Positions 37,089 to 51,183 of a stretch of 64,000 bases of DNA are shown here, piece after piece; positions within the stretch are counted from its first letter, which is position 1; each line of letters starts with the position of its first letter. Location of the stretch: the NCBI GenBank assembly GCA_047495785.1, contig JBLDXI010000013.1, positions 3,968,001 through 4,032,000 on the forward strand, given 5' to 3'. A program made the position numbers and the translations under genes. The notes beneath the pieces are model-generated. The model was not told the DNA's origin. It worked only from the letters and a program-made list of their open reading frames with translations, and made no database searches. Origin of the DNA: Lepidodermella squamata. Its lineage: Eukaryota > Animalia > Gastrotricha.

Positions 37089-38767
37089 TCATTGAGTTCT
37101 TCGCTTGAGCTTGGCCCGCTCAGTGAACTTGAACACAAGTTTGCCAGTCTTGATCGACTGCCAGTACATTTTCGAGTAGTAGCCCAGGGCTAAGCTTATC
37201 ACCAAGAACATGCCCATCGCCTTCAGACCCATCCGCTTACGCTATAAAAAACATTTAATTATAAAATTATTAACACAAATTTTCAATTTTTTAAACCATA
37301 AACCGAATAAAAAATCAAATTGTCTAACCTGGTCGAGCTCAGGCTCCGCACACCACTTCAAGAAGGTGACAACGTCCTTGGCCATTTGAGGAACAGACGC
37401 CGGGGTTCCGTCTTCGTAGTCGAGGCGGCCCTCGATCAGCTGCTGAGCCATGCCAATGGCACCGGTGGGGAAGTACGGGTTGTAGTGCATGCCTTCGGCG
37501 AGGGTCTTGCCGGCCGGCGGCTCGCAGTAACCGGTAAGCAGCGCGTAGATGTAGTCCTCGCTACCGTTGCGAGCCGAGGTGATGTACGATAGATCGGGAG
37601 GATACGCTCCGTTGTTCGCAAAACGAGCCTCGGCTTCATTTCTGTAAAAATTAAGGAGGATAAATATAATTTTTCGCAGAACTCCAGCTGTAGGTAATTC
37701 GAAACTCTACGGTAGTCCAAGAAGTCAATTATAAAAAAATATAATTTAAGGATTTTTCTAAATTTTTGAAATTTGAATTTGACCATCAACAAGTGAAAAG
37801 CGAGATTCTGCAATCTAAAAAAGCGTGATGACTTGGGTAAAAACGATGTTTCGCTTCTGCTATGCCCGTAACCATAGCATATTTTCAGGATTTCGACATA
37901 TAGGATGCTAAAATTTGAAGTAAATGATCGCAAAATATCTGATCATTTAAGCTCGATTTTAAGACGCTAGCTTACTTTTTTTTTAGGAATTTTGATTACC
38001 TAGCAAGATTCTTCACCTCAGGATGTCCCATTAAGAATCTTTGAAGCCAAGTTTTCTCAGCAGCCCGAATTTCTTTTGAATACTTGTTCATTGAACTTCA
38101 AAGCTGCATCAAAATATCGCTATGTCAACAATTTTGCCAAAGCCCACTGTTCACGTTTTGATGGTCATGTTATCAATTTTTCAAATGATTCGCAAATTGT
38201 GTTAAATGTTACCGATAGGGGTTGGGGAAACCGTCGGACAGTTTGCCCTCGCGCTCGAACATTTCACCAGTTTCGTTCGGGCCGTCGAGGACCATCTGCT
38301 CCGACGCTTCCGCCTTGGCCTCAGCTTCGGTATGCGATACGCCAACCAAGTGGCGGTAACGAAGGAACTGCAGGCTATGGCAAGTCGCGCAGACTTGCTT
38401 GTAGACCTGGTAACCGCGACGAATGCTGTTGTGGTCGTAGGCCGACAGCATGCCGTTGTGGCTCCAGTCGTACTTAGGAGGGTACAGAATCAAATCGGAC
38501 GCTAGAACGGCGCCACCGGTTACAACTGCCGCGGCACCAGCGCCAGCTGCAACGATTAGTGCCTAGAAATAATTATTAAAAATTGTATAAAAATTCACAG
38601 AAATTCTAAAATTTCTTACAGCTTTCTTCAGCCGAGACTTGGGGGCTTGAGAGGCTTGGGAACTCAGGCAGGCCTAAATCAAAGCATAAGTATAACTAAC
38701 AAAAATAAAAAACGATATTCCTCACCTTTTGGAGATTAGTAAGAGCGACACGTTTCATGGCAAACAT
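37089..38767 (-). CDS. CYC1: Cytochrome c1, mitochondrial, 5 exons
   Basis: [26 protein letters not shown] (CxxCH), [53 protein letters not shown]-terminal TM. An alternative in-frame ATG lies at 38788. Confidence 0.95.
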
Positions 38768-39509
38768 AGTGCCAAGGGTATTTCGCATCCAATTAAAAAG
38801 CGTGCCTAAGCTGATGAACAAATCAATAACATATTCCATCGGTAAAATCGAAAAATGCTAATTTCGATCAATTAAAACGGTTATCACGGTCATTAAACGA
38901 GATCATGGTAAATAAAAGTAAAATTGAAACGATATCAAGTTTGGCTTTCCTTCATTTTCTGCGGCGCATTCGAAGATATTCATCCTACATATTATTCTGC
39001 CTGGGAAAAATTAAGCCGCATTTGGCCGCTAAGTGTCGAGCATGCCACTTTCGGAAATCAAGTTTTCGAGTCCATGAAACGGCTGTTTCTTGTTCTATTT
39101 ATTACTATAAGATGGGCTGATGCAGACCAGCTTGCCATTCGTCAGGAATAATCGTTCCGTAGATATAAAAACGATTGATTTGGCCCTTTATATACTTATC
39201 ATTTCGCAGTTAGATTTCGCGTCAATTTGAAATAGTCCCGTGCTCATTTTCCATATAGTCGAAGTCAATACATTACCGGGTAATAATGGACTTTGGTTAA
39301 AACTGTGACGGATCCATATTGAAATTAAAACCCTATAAAATGAATGAAAGTGTCGTGATGCGAAAATATCATTAGGGGAAAGGCCAATGACTCGATAATG
39401 TGAAGCAGTATCTGCTTTCATAAATCACAAGTTATCACACAATTCGAAGTTGGGTTATCTCTTCTTAGAGTTTTTGTCAAGTCTCAAGACATCATCAAGC
39501 AATAGCACG

Positions 39510-40193
39510 TTATTTGCCACTAAGCTGCTCATACAGCTTGGGAACGTAGTCATCCCACTCAGCCTGGTAGAAGTTACCCGCAACCAAATCGGTCAAATGG
39601 TACTTCTTGGTAAAGTCACGAACACGCCACTTCGGACGATGATCACCTGATCGATTGGTGAGGTGGTTCAAGCCAGGAAACTCCTGTTTACCGTTCTGTT
39701 TGTAGATTAGAAACACGTAACGATGCAAGCCAGTGCCCTGGGGAGGTCCCGAGCCAACATATTCCGACATAACTTGGCCTTCGCTAACTTTGCCATCTGG
39801 AATATTAACAACAAGCCAGTGATGCCATTCTCCGAACTTCGGATCAGCACGGCTAACGTCGGAAGATTAATACACAAATAGTTTACATAAATCGTATAAT
39901 GCATAATTATACCTTGGGGCATCCGGATCATTCATAATCAGAGTGTAGTATGCACCCTTTTCAGCTGACCACTCCACCTTTGGTGGCGATTGAACTTGAG
40001 TTGGAGTTAGAACATCTCCAGGTTTTACTTGGATGGAATTGTAAGTAAGAGAAGCTAGCTCTTTGGGAGCAGCGTCAATGACATCAGGAATAACGCCATG
40101 CTTGGAAAAGGCTTCCATTTTACCAGCAACGCGAGAGATACTTTTGGCAGAAACGTAAAGCTGGTTGAAAATACGGCGGCTCAAAGCCTGCAT
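39510..40193 (-). CDS. PEBP: Phosphatidylethanolamine-binding protein (PEBP/RKIP family), 2 exons
   Basis: [73 protein letters not shown]. Intron 39912-39853. Confidence 0.93.
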
Positions 40194-40832
40194 ACGAAAT
40201 ACCTAATTTAGTTAAACCGCAATTTAGCATCGAGTTAAGATTTCATTAGCAGTAAAGCATCAATGAAATCTGTCCGCTTCAAGACTCAAGACGGCTGAGG
40301 CTGATTTCATCAGGCTGTGACCGGTGTAGGGTGCACATTGCCTCTCTGCACATTCCTCTTTGAGGCATTTCAAGCCGCCCGAAATATATTTCTTAACATA
40401 CCCCTCTGGAGAACAAATACCTATCTGTAAGCGCTACATCGCTGTGCACCCGCCACTGCGCAGATGTGAGGTTGAACTTTATTATCGAGTCGAAAAAAGT
40501 CTTGAAAGCGTGGAGAATTGAAGACCGCAACTGAAGAGACCATGGATAAATTCAAAGCAAGTGGCTCTGCAATGCCAACAAAATCGGAGTTAGTGACCTA
40601 AAAAATGCACACACGCCGGACACGCAAACGAACATGCTTCGCTCACTTGATAGAATCTTCAGGTTTCTTGAAATTTGAATAAAAAAAGAAAGTAAGTAAT
40701 CGTTGACCATTTCTGCTAACGCAGTTGAGAATATGCCAATTGGCTAGGAGTTCATTCAGCTTTTCTGCGGCGTGCGGCGGAGAACATGGAAAAACGGAGA
40801 GAGCCAGGGAAGCATTCCTTACGTCGACATAC

Positions 40833-41660
40833 CAGGATCAGGATCAGGATCAGGATCAGGATTTACGATTTCTCCTCGCCCTGACGGACTCAAGCTTTCA
40901 CCATAAGGCGGAGCTTGTGAGAAAATCGCGAGCTTACGCTCTAGGAAAGTTTGAACTGGTTTAATAACTACATAATCGAAATCCCTACCCCTGGTACTCC
41001 AGTTATTGCTGACTGTTTCTCCAGGGCCCAGGCATTAGTGCCCAGGTGGCTTTTCCACTCACTCAGCGAAGCCTACAAACGCCGTCGTAGCAAGAAAGCT
41101 ACCAAAAGACTAGTTTGGAGGAATATTTACAAGAGTAGAGATAATTTACAAGAGGTAATTCATGGAGCCAAAATATAAGATAATTTAATGACGGAGCTAT
41201 AAAGAAAATAAAGTATATTACATTTGGTTGAGTATAGGCTTTGAAAAATATAAATAGAAATTTGGAAAACTCATTTAGTTCGGCACGTAGTTGTAGACGA
41301 AGGCGGCTTTGGAGTACGGATTGAACGCGACATGCGGCTGCAGAGAGGCGTTGAGTTCCTTCTTCTTTCGCTCGCTATTCGCCTTGATGATGGCGTCGTG
41401 TTTGGCCTGTTCGCGTAGGAATTCGAGCGTGGCTTGCCGGCACGCCTTTGTGGTAGCAGACAGCCTGATCTTCGCTGGCAGCTGGTTCCACCACTGGATG
41501 GCCTTGGTTGGGAACGAGCGCTGGCCTGTGGCGAGCTTGCACGATGGCTTGACGTACTTCCCGGTGGCGGCGCCTCGAGTGTTGTGGTCATGCTGTTGGT
41601 TCATCGGCTTGACTAGCGACGAGAGTGCCTCCCCTGCCCCCTTCTCGCGACCCACCAACC
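40833..41660 (-). mobile_element. 5'-truncated non-LTR retrotransposon (CR1/L2-group) with tandem-repeat tail
   Basis: ORF2 C-terminal signature HDHNTRG...GQRSFPTKAIQWWNQLPAKIR (41275-41620); 3' UTR with a stem-loop (caagct/agcttg, 40891-40917) ending in (ATCCTG)5 at 40833-40862. Confidence 0.75.
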
Positions 41661-42179
41661 CACTATTAGAGTAAAAATGTAATTTTAGAAAAGTTTGTAA
41701 TCTCTAATAGATATTTAAAATAATAAATTTTGCGGCAAATCTGAATATTTTTTTATTTAATTTTTAGAGGTTGATTGAAGTCGAGCGGGCTTTCTCTCTC
41801 TCGTTTCGCCCTACGTCAACTGATGTTACGCGGGTTCAACCCTTCCGAGTTCCTAGTTCCAACCGAGTTTGCAATTTGCAAGGCATCCTAGGCCACCTTT
41901 CAGTGTGCTGGGTGAGAGGTTTGGGACGGCTGCGATGCGCGCCATTCTCCTCTTATTGAATTGCGCTTGTATGTCAAGTACGAAATTTTCAGTTTTAGAA
42001 GTTTCAAGTTTCGTCCAAGTTATATCACACTTCCTCCGTCGGGGCTCCAGCCTCTCCCTGCTATGAAAACCATAATCTTGATAAGCTAGTTGGGCGGGAA
42101 ATAGTGTGCTCGTTTTTTAATACTCTTGCCCGGGATTGTTTATTCTTGCGAGCTCAATTTTCTTTGTGTCCCTTCCATA

Positions 42180-42249
42180 GTCGAAGCGTCGAAGTCGGCG
42201 AAACCCTCGCAAAGGGTGTAAAGCCGTAATCATCAATCATCATCATCAC
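42180..42249 (+). mobile_element. Very short LINE/SINE 3'-end fragment (stem-loop + (ATC)n tail); related copy at ~51538-51577
   Basis: ggcgaaaccctcgcaaagggtgtaaagccg hairpin followed by an atcatcaatcatcatcatca tail. The motif cggcgaaaccctcgca...ccgtaa.catca recurs near 51546. Confidence 0.45.
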
Positions 42250-43271
42250 CCTTCCATATTACCTGTTAAAATGCCCAGCCTTTATACCTGCCTGCCTCTA
42301 TGATAGGTGACTTAGGGCTCTGAACAAAGGAAATTCAATTATTTGGAAGAAAAATGGTACTTCTGAGGTAAATAGTTTTGTTGTGGTTTGTGTAAACAGT
42401 TGAACTCTGCTGACAGCTTGAAGAATGTGATTGAGGCAATGAATATTGTTGGGTCTTTAGGAAGCAGTTAGATAGCATCATGGCCTACCGTGGATGAGTG
42501 TGTAGCAAAAGGGAAGCAAGTGATAGATGTTAAATTGGTACTTGCTCTTGCTCGAATCTGGTGTTTGGTTGACCAATCGCTTGAGAGTTACGCCATCTAT
42601 CTGTGAAGTATAATAAACTCTAACGTTATACATCTACCCTCAGAGAATGAAATATGCGGGCTAATATGAGGTTAGCTTGCGTCAACATTTCCATGAACTT
42701 TTAATGATGTTGGATGTTGCTAAAACCTGAAACCTCTAGTTAGACTCGACATTTTCCTCTCTCTTTGTGCAATCCCATGTGCAATACAACTATGGGTTTG
42801 TTTTACTGCCCATTTTCAACTCAGAGAAATTATAGATGAGATTTGAACGAATTTATTTACTCTACATTTAACGCTTATATTCATGCTGCAAAAGTATTTT
42901 CCATGTGCCAGCTAAGCGTTGGATATTCCAATGATGAGTTATTATTCATAGCTCTGTCAATATTTTAATTTTCAACCAAGACTCATCGGAGTTGCTCAGG
43001 TTAACTTGAGATTTCTATGAACTCTACAATTTATAGTAATCAAGCATTCCGCGAAAATAAAGGTGTAGAACTCATCCTTTTGATCTGAATTGAGAAAATC
43101 TCAGGTTCCAGAGTCATCAATCAAGAACTGAGGATTGACCCCAACTTATTTGGCTGCTATCGCTACCGTCTTCTTACATCTTGGCGAAAAAAATGCTGAA
43201 ATAACATTGGGAGACTTGTGTATAATTTCATGTTTGCTTTCTCATTAGTAGATTACAGTAATTATTTAAAA

Positions 43272-43871
43272 ATGACCACAACTGCTACTGGGGAAACAAT
43301 AGGTAAGTTTTCAAGTTATTGTTGTCAAATCTACTTGAAATAATGCTATTTACAGTCAAGCCGCGAAGTTTCGTTCTAATGGATGAACTCGAGGAGGGTC
43401 TTCGAGGCGGCGGTGACGGCATTAGCTGGGGCTTGGAAAATGATGATGATATGAATTTAACTTACTGGATTTGCACTATCGTTGGACCTCTTAGGGTATG
43501 TTAGCTTGCATACCTCAGAAAAGTAAAATTTTATCGAATCTATAGACTCCGTACGAAGGTCGCATTTATACGCTCAAAATCACCTGCCCTCAGAATTACC
43601 CCGAAGAGGGCCCAGAAGTACGCTTCATCACAAGAATCAAATTCTCACCGGTGAACGAAACCAACGGCCAAGTGATAAGGCAAAAGGTGAGCTTTTGAAG
43701 CAAATTTAATATCTTCACTTGAAATTTGCTCATCGCTTGCGTTAGGTTCCTCTTTTGGCGAACTGGCAACGTACTTACACGCTCAAAGCACTACTGAACG
43801 AACTGCGACGCCTCATGACTCAGGAGCCAAAGAAGCTAGCACAACCTCCAGAAGGCTCGACGTACAACTAG
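43272..43871 (+). CDS. UBE2V: Ubiquitin-conjugating enzyme E2 variant (UEV1/MMS2), 4 exons
   Basis: [31 protein letters not shown]...[16 protein letters not shown]...YP; ends [11 protein letters not shown]. Exons 43272-43302, 43356-43495, 43546-43686, 43746-43871. Confidence 0.93.
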
Positions 43872-46800
43872 ACGGACGCTTTCTCTGTGTCATAGCCAGC
43901 AACCGCCCAGTCAAGTCTCTTTTTAATAATGTTAATCACAATAAAATCCTGCTTGCATCTGCATCGGAAACAACTTTCTTCGTGATAAATCGTCAATAAA
44001 TTGTAAATTCATTGATAATGTAATCGGATTTCGTTTTCAACCTACGTCGCCAGGACACCAGTGCAGTAGTTTCTCTTCAATAACGTTTGAGATATTTTCC
44101 GCTTTCGGTTATATGTGTATATGTTATGTGAATAAACAAATGAACGGTGTGTCTGATGAAGCGAAAAACTGTGAATATATTTTCCAGATCAACTTAAACA
44201 ACTTGCTTCAAGTATAATAAAAACCGATGTGTCGAGTTTTGTTGTTACCACAATCTTTCTGTTGTCGGAAGTTGAGTGATCAAAAGAGACAAAATAAAAT
44301 GAAAGTGATAACATATCAGAGTGACATTTGCGATTCCAGTTATTGTTGTATTCGAAGAAATTTATCACCTTATTTCGATTTGCCTCGAACTGAATTGGCG
44401 GGGTTTGATGTTCCAAGGTAGCTTAGACGGAAGCATCATTTTCGAATCACCACTGTAACTAGTCAGATACACACTATTACCCACTATATCTTAATGATTT
44501 GCGTAACATGCGTTAACATATTTTTCGCAAAAAGGTAATTTGTTAAGGAAGAAGGTATTCAACAAGTCTTGCAACATTCAATTGTTAAGGAGGAACTCAT
44601 GATACCCAAGAAAGCCAAAATAACTTATGTATTCAAAATCAAATAAACTCATGGAATCCTTGTACAGCAGATGGCGAAGTTCTGCATCGGATGATAGTGA
44701 TTATCCTTACCAGTTCGAAGGGGAGAGAAATCGAAGGTTTCGAGGCTATGGAAGCATTCCTATCTAAGTTTCAAAGGCATACTTAGCTCTCTGCTTGTAT
44801 GTCTCGAACATCGAGCAGCATTCAGCCCAAGTATCGATAAAATCGAGCAGGTTTCATCCAAGATGTCACCACAGCTGCGCAAAAATACAGCGTTCCCAAT
44901 CTCAAGCTAACCGGCCGAGGAAAGAAGGTGAACGAAAGTTGGAGAGATCGCCCAATAATGGTGGGTACAATTTACTTGCCGAGGCGAAGGGCGAGGCTGA
45001 TTTCGCGGAATCAATAATAACCCATCTCAGTAACTTATGCCATCAGTTTCGTTTTGATTCTCAACTAAGTACATATAAGGAGACGGCACGCAGTTCGCAG
45101 TTTCTCTTTTCAATATGGATACCATTAGATCCTTAGATCAATAGCGGCGATTTTCGACCAATTCGCCAAATTTTGAATTTTTCGAAATGCCAGCATCCGC
45201 TTAGATTTCAACCAAATTTCACGAAAATTAGCAATACATTGAATGACGGAGAATCTGTTGACGCTAAATTTTTCCAAGTGTAAATTGTCCAAATCCAAAT
45301 CAGATGCTTGTCGTAGACGGAAAACCGAAAATTAAGCTTAGCGTGGTGAATGACCTTGACCTGGTTGATTACTGCTGCTTCAGATATAGGTATAGCTAAT
45401 TTATGTTGAAGGTTCGACCATTCAGCCGTGCTCCCTTGGTAGAGGTCAGAAATGCTCCCATGAAATACCCAATATTGAAAATGCAGGAATAAATGAATAA
45501 AAATGATAAATTAGGGAGTTTCTGCTGTTCAGGCCAGTTAAGAGTATCAGGCCTCGAACGAATCGATAACAATTTACGTTCTTTTGCCTTGTTTTGCCCC
45601 CGTGTCTTGACCAGCCCTAACGCGAAGTTAACTTAGGTTTGCTCTTTAAGTCTTAGACGACTTTTGAATTTGCCGTTCTTGGGTTACTAAGGCGCTATTA
45701 CCGTTCGAATATCGCTTTTGTCTCTTCTCTTATCTTTTTGATTCGCGGTACACTGTCTATCTTCTTACTACCGACCGATTAATCGTATAGGGGAAGTTTT
45801 TCTGTATTTTGTGCCATCCAGAAGATTGCTCAATTTCTGAGTTTCTGCCTCCCTCAAGAAGAAAGGAGAAAGGAAGCTTCTCCCTCAAGGAGAAAGGAAG
45901 CTTTTATCAACAATCAGTGGCCTGCACTAATCGAATTTTCGGATTGTGGGTGATTCATTGTGGTTGGAAGACATTTTTATTATTGCATGATTCATGCTAT
46001 TTTTGTATGGGAAACGTGCTCTTCGAAACGTGTCGGAAACCTGTAAAAAACCCTTTAAAATACCGGTAAACCGGCGCGTCGGTACACCGGCTTTCTACTG
46101 GCTCAGGTTGCCGGTGGTGGCATAGGTGCCGGCTGGGTCGCCGGTCGCGTTGGGCGGAGTTTTTCCGACCTGTTTCCACCTCTGAGCGATTGATCTCGAT
46201 CATCGATTTTCCGTAAATTTGGATGTCCCTTTGGATGTGTACTTGAAATATAAGTACCAATAGGTTGGCCTTGTTTATAGGAAAATCAATCGGCGTGCTT
46301 TCCGTACGCAAAAAAATTATATTTTCGAAAAATCGGTAAAATAATGTAAGCGGAAATAGTACGTCCGCATTTATATACAATTGTTTCCGAAACCAATATT
46401 CTTGAAATATAGGTAAGCAGAATGAGAACGACGAGGTCTATTTTCAATTTTTCATCAAATCACAAAATTCATAGTATAATTCATAGGTAGTAAACTTTAA
46501 TGCCATTTTCAGCAATTCGCTCGCTCATCTCTGATTCGTGAAGTTTTTTATCTGCGAATATTCCAAGCACGAATTCAAGTATAATTCGTTACCTGGCTCT
46601 GATAAGCACGCGCTCTAAATTTATTCGTTAATTTAATAGCACCCAACGAAATTCTGACGTTTCAATCCTTACTTGGACACTATAGGCAATAATCACCTTC
46701 GTTGATGAACAAATCCAACGGGGACTGACGGAGAACTCCTCTATTACCAAAATATATTCTTATGGCATTCCCAACCGGAGTTATTTAAATTTGCTAAGCA

Positions 46801-49315
46801 TTCACGAAGGCTACTGATTCGAAGAAAGATGCTTTTATTCAGTGTTTTTTTTATTTGTTGGATAGCCGTAACCTATTTCAGAAAAAAACATTTCCTGGCA
46901 ACGACGACAGGGGCTCTTCAACTTATCCCATGACCCAAAATAACAAAAAACCTGGTTTACGCTTTCTCTCCCATACAGTATTAATATTTTTTCGGGTGAA
47001 AATGCGTGAAAAACGTAAGTTGTAAGCAAGTAAACAACAAGCACTCTTCTGCTGCTCATATAGCCGCATATTTGCCTTGTTTTCTGGCTGCTCAGGCGAC
47101 GTGTGTTCAGTCACGGCGACTCGCTCAAAGTAACCGTAAATCCTTGTTGACGCCACCTTCGCAGCTGATACAATAGCCTTAGCTTTAACACGGGCATCGC
47201 GGCGCTACAGGTCGCTGGGAATAAACCATTATATAATCAGGTTACAACTCCACTGGTTAAGATGCTAAGCAATAGCATCAAATCGCGACGTGTTAATCCA
47301 CCATAATAATTTCTTGAAATTCAGCTCGAGGACACTATCAGTACACGTTTCTTTTGATTCTTGACAGATGCCCTTGTCGTCTCTGAATTGAATGTATATG
47401 GCGCCGCACGCGCCGTCTTAAAATAATATAACTCTGCACTGTATAAACTAGATTACGGTGCATTTTCGGATTTACATGGCAGCTTGCGGTCTTTCTTGAT
47501 GATAATAATAATATGACTGACTTGAGATGACCACAACAAAACAAAGCTAATGACAGCTTGGTCATCATCGCGAGATCAAAATTCCAATTTGTTTGTATCA
47601 CAGCGTGAAAAGGCCGAGAAAATTAGCATCGATTAAAATGATAATACAAAACTCAAGTGTTGTCGTCATTCTGCCGCGAAAAACTTGAACCAAGAAAACG
47701 CGAAAAATTAATTAGAAATATTCGCGCAGGTGATTGTACCTGCGTACCCGTAATTCAATCATAAGGCCAGCCAGCAAGATGGTCTTTTCTGCCAATCCAG
47801 CATATGATAAATCGATGCGTCATCCACAAGTTGCCGTTTTTTGGTCGATTAAACTAGCGTGATTAAAATGCGATTGGCTTGAAGTGCGATTATTGATTAG
47901 GATGAGCGATGATTCATGCTCATAAATTGAGTGCTCGCTCGCTGCCAGCAGAAAGAGGGCGGCGGGTGAAGACATCGCAGCGTAGGATTTCTCCATAGGC
48001 CCGGCCGGATGTCAGACTAAATAAAGCGCGCTGAGCTGAAATTATTATTTTGACATTGCCATATTTTATTTGCTTTTATGTGGTATTTCATTATTATTCG
48101 TTCTACATTTATTGCGCGCGATGCGAGAAAAATTATGTATAATATAAATTGTGCGCTCATCGGCATCCTTAGCTGACGAAAAGTGTTTCGCTGGTGATCC
48201 TTTTTTGTGATAGTAAGAAAAAATCGATAAAGCTGGTTAGATTGCCTCCCTCATTTAAGCAACATTAATATGAAAATTTCCTAGAAAAAATAATTTGGGC
48301 CTGTGCGCAAAATGTTGATTACACTTCTCCTTATTCCCAGACATGGGCCAATCGAAAAAAACGTGTGGACGCTGTCGTATTAGGCATTTATTAATTTACT
48401 CAAAAATTATCATCAACACGTAATCATAAGAACAAATCTTATATAAAACAACAATAAATATTATAATACACGCATTTTGGACGAAAATTGCCACAATTGC
48501 ATGTTGGCCACTCAGTGAAGTAATAATTATAATATTATTATTTGGAGATTTTCGTGATCGTAAATGATTCTTTTGTACATAATATGCTTCCGCTCGGTAG
48601 AATGTTTTAAGAAAAGCAAAAGAGTAATAATTCCTGCCACATTATCATCATGATTTTCAGTGAGATGATGAAAATATGACGCAAGCACAGGTTTCGAGAG
48701 AAAAAACAAAGAGTATGGAGGAGATTCCTGCAAATAACAAATCAAACTGTTCGTGTTGTGACATAACTGTCCAAAGAAAGCTCAAATACTCAAATTCCGC
48801 CACCACGGCTTTTCAGAACTCTCGGGTCACACTCTATACAAAGATAAAAAGCCAACCACCGAGCTATATTGATCGAAAATATTCTATAAAATGAGGTCAA
48901 TTTGAAAAAAACTGATGCAACATGGCTGTCGAAAAACGCATTGACCAAAAAATCAAGAAGACTGACATCGTTTCAAAGTTCACGGAATCAATAAGCGGCA
49001 AATAAGAGCTCAATAATCAGACAATTTAATCAAAGGCATGAATATTTTGTAGATAACAAACGAATTCAAGGCCGAAATTAAGAGTCGCTCGTTCAATTTT
49101 CTTGCGTAATAGGAATTTTCCCACTAAGTCACAAGTTATAAACTTGGAATCGATAGGTAATGTATAAGAATCTTACATTGGCAAAAATTTTACATTATAA
49201 ATAGCCGGCATTAATCACATAATTTGTTTGTTTATAAATTATAATGCGAGGTTATATTGATTTCAAAAACCACTCTGAAAGTAATCGAATAATTTTCTCA
49301 ATTAATAATATTTGT

Positions 49316-51183
49316 TCAGGTCAAACACATCTCTGATCGTTTGAGAGACGCCTCGTCGCCGGAGATTCCATCCCCGCGGTTTGCACTGTTGATTCTGACG
49401 GAGACATTGACGAGGCGGGAGATTTTGGATTGTTGATCATTTCTAAAAGCTCATGACAATCACAGCAAATGGGAACACCGCGTTCGAAACCCGGCAGAGA
49501 AACAGCCTAAAAATGAAAACTCATTACTTCTCACGAATGTTTTTTGTGACAACTTACAGGAAGCGTGCACTTCTGACACACGTTCCATCCGCATAACCGG
49601 CACCGAGTAGCCCAATTTATGAGGTTGAAGCGAACTTTTCGACACGCAAAGCAAACACGACCGGCTGCGACGTCACTCTGCACGTGGGGACAAACTGCGA
49701 GTTGCTCCAGTTCAGCAGCAGTTAGCACTGATCTTATCCTTGCCAATTCATCGAATGTAAGCGGTAATTTTTGCGATGCAGAGTCAGAAGGATGCTCCAT
49801 TTGAATAGTATCGGGCTCTGACTCGACCGGGCTTGAACATGGCTCAATGACGGTTTGCTGTTTCGTCAACCTTTCCATACGCGAGCCAACATCAGGCGGT
49901 GGACTTAAAGAGCGAGATCTTATCATTGAAACAGTTCGAAGCTTTTTGATTTGGGGATTGACGATAGCCTAAAGCATGAAAAAATGAAGATGAGTAGATT
50001 AAAAATTTCGGAACAAACCAATTTTGGCGAGGTGATTGAATCCGAATCCGGGCCTGTAGGTGTGGAAGCATTGGTATTACAATCACCATCTTCAGGATCG
50101 CTGTCAGCACTTATTCGAGATTTGTCGATGCGAATGATTTTTCGCCTATGGTTATGATGATTCGAGGAAGATGTCGATGATGGCGTTCGATGAGAATGAG
50201 TTGAAGACAACGTTTTCGGGGGAGTTGGACGAAGGCTAAATTCGTTGTTTTTAATTGCGTTCATCAGTAATTCTCTTGCGGTGGGTGGGCGCGAACCTAG
50301 AGAATACCGTTTATTAACGTAAAAAAGCAACTTCATCAAAAAACATACTCTTCTTTCCAGTGCGGACAGGTGCCGCTTTAAGAGGCGGTCGCGACTTGAT
50401 GAAGTCAAGAATAACAGATTCCGCACTTTTACGGACAGACTGAGGAATTTCACCATCTACCATGACTTGATTGAGACGATACCGTTGGCTTTTGATGTCA
50501 GTTAATAGCACCTCGAACGGCGAAAGCTGGAAATTCCGCCGTTCAGCGCGTTTGGTGGGGTCAAGGTGTTTCAATTTAACACCGCTTCTTAATTCTGACA
50601 TAATTCGGAGCCAAATTCGAGCCCAGTCTCCACGCTGCAAATTGCCGTCGTTATTTTCAGAGTCGCCGATAACATCCAGGAAAGTTGATAGTTCTAAAGC
50701 CTCGGCAACCATAGCTCGACAGACCTCTCGGTAATGAGAGTTGCACCGTTCGGTTTCACTTGATATCCTTGCAGCGCACGCTGCTGCCAAATCTTCGAAG
50801 GATAGCACCGAACAGGCAGCGACTCCTTCATCATGAGCAATCGTGCTTGTCATGTGTAATAATAAAGAATCGAGGTTGTCACTTATAGCAAGAGGACTTT
50901 CTGGATGCAGCCCGTAATTCAGAGCCTTGACTAGTAGTACACCAAGTTGTTCGATTAATTCTGCCTCGCTAAGATCAGGAGTGACGCCATCCATTGATGT
51001 GGTTGGAATGATTTGCACATCTCCATTCTCATCAATAGCCAGATTAGTCTCGCATACTTGACTGACTTTTACACCTTCGTCGATAAGGTCGGCCAGCAAT
51101 TTTGCAGACCAATAACATAACGCCCAGGCCTGCTCTTCCTTGAGCGGCAAAGAATAGACGCGTAAAATATCTGACAACAGCAT
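49316..51183 (-). CDS. SPIRE: Spire actin nucleator (KIND, 4 WH2, Spir-box, FYVE-type), 4 coding exons
   Basis: KIND (LSDIL..PLKEEQAWALC); four WH2 motifs (IMSELRSGVKLK, LLTDIKSQRYRLNQV, ILDFIKSRPPLK, LMNAIKNNEFSLRP); LTFDELARIRSVLTAAELE; CFAC..CRLC..CQKC..CCDC. Exons ~51183-50349, 50296-50020, 49968-49558, 49506-49316. Confidence 0.92.

Noticed and set aside
40833-40862. Short regular repeats as CRISPR-like arrays (also 57900-58290)
   Set aside because: Eukaryotic context, no unique spacers; explained as a LINE tail and a coding repeat.
46060-46150. Cluster of ccgg motifs and a nearby short tandem duplication at 45850-45903
   Set aside because: Probably repeat debris; no termini, ORF or consistent period could be defined.
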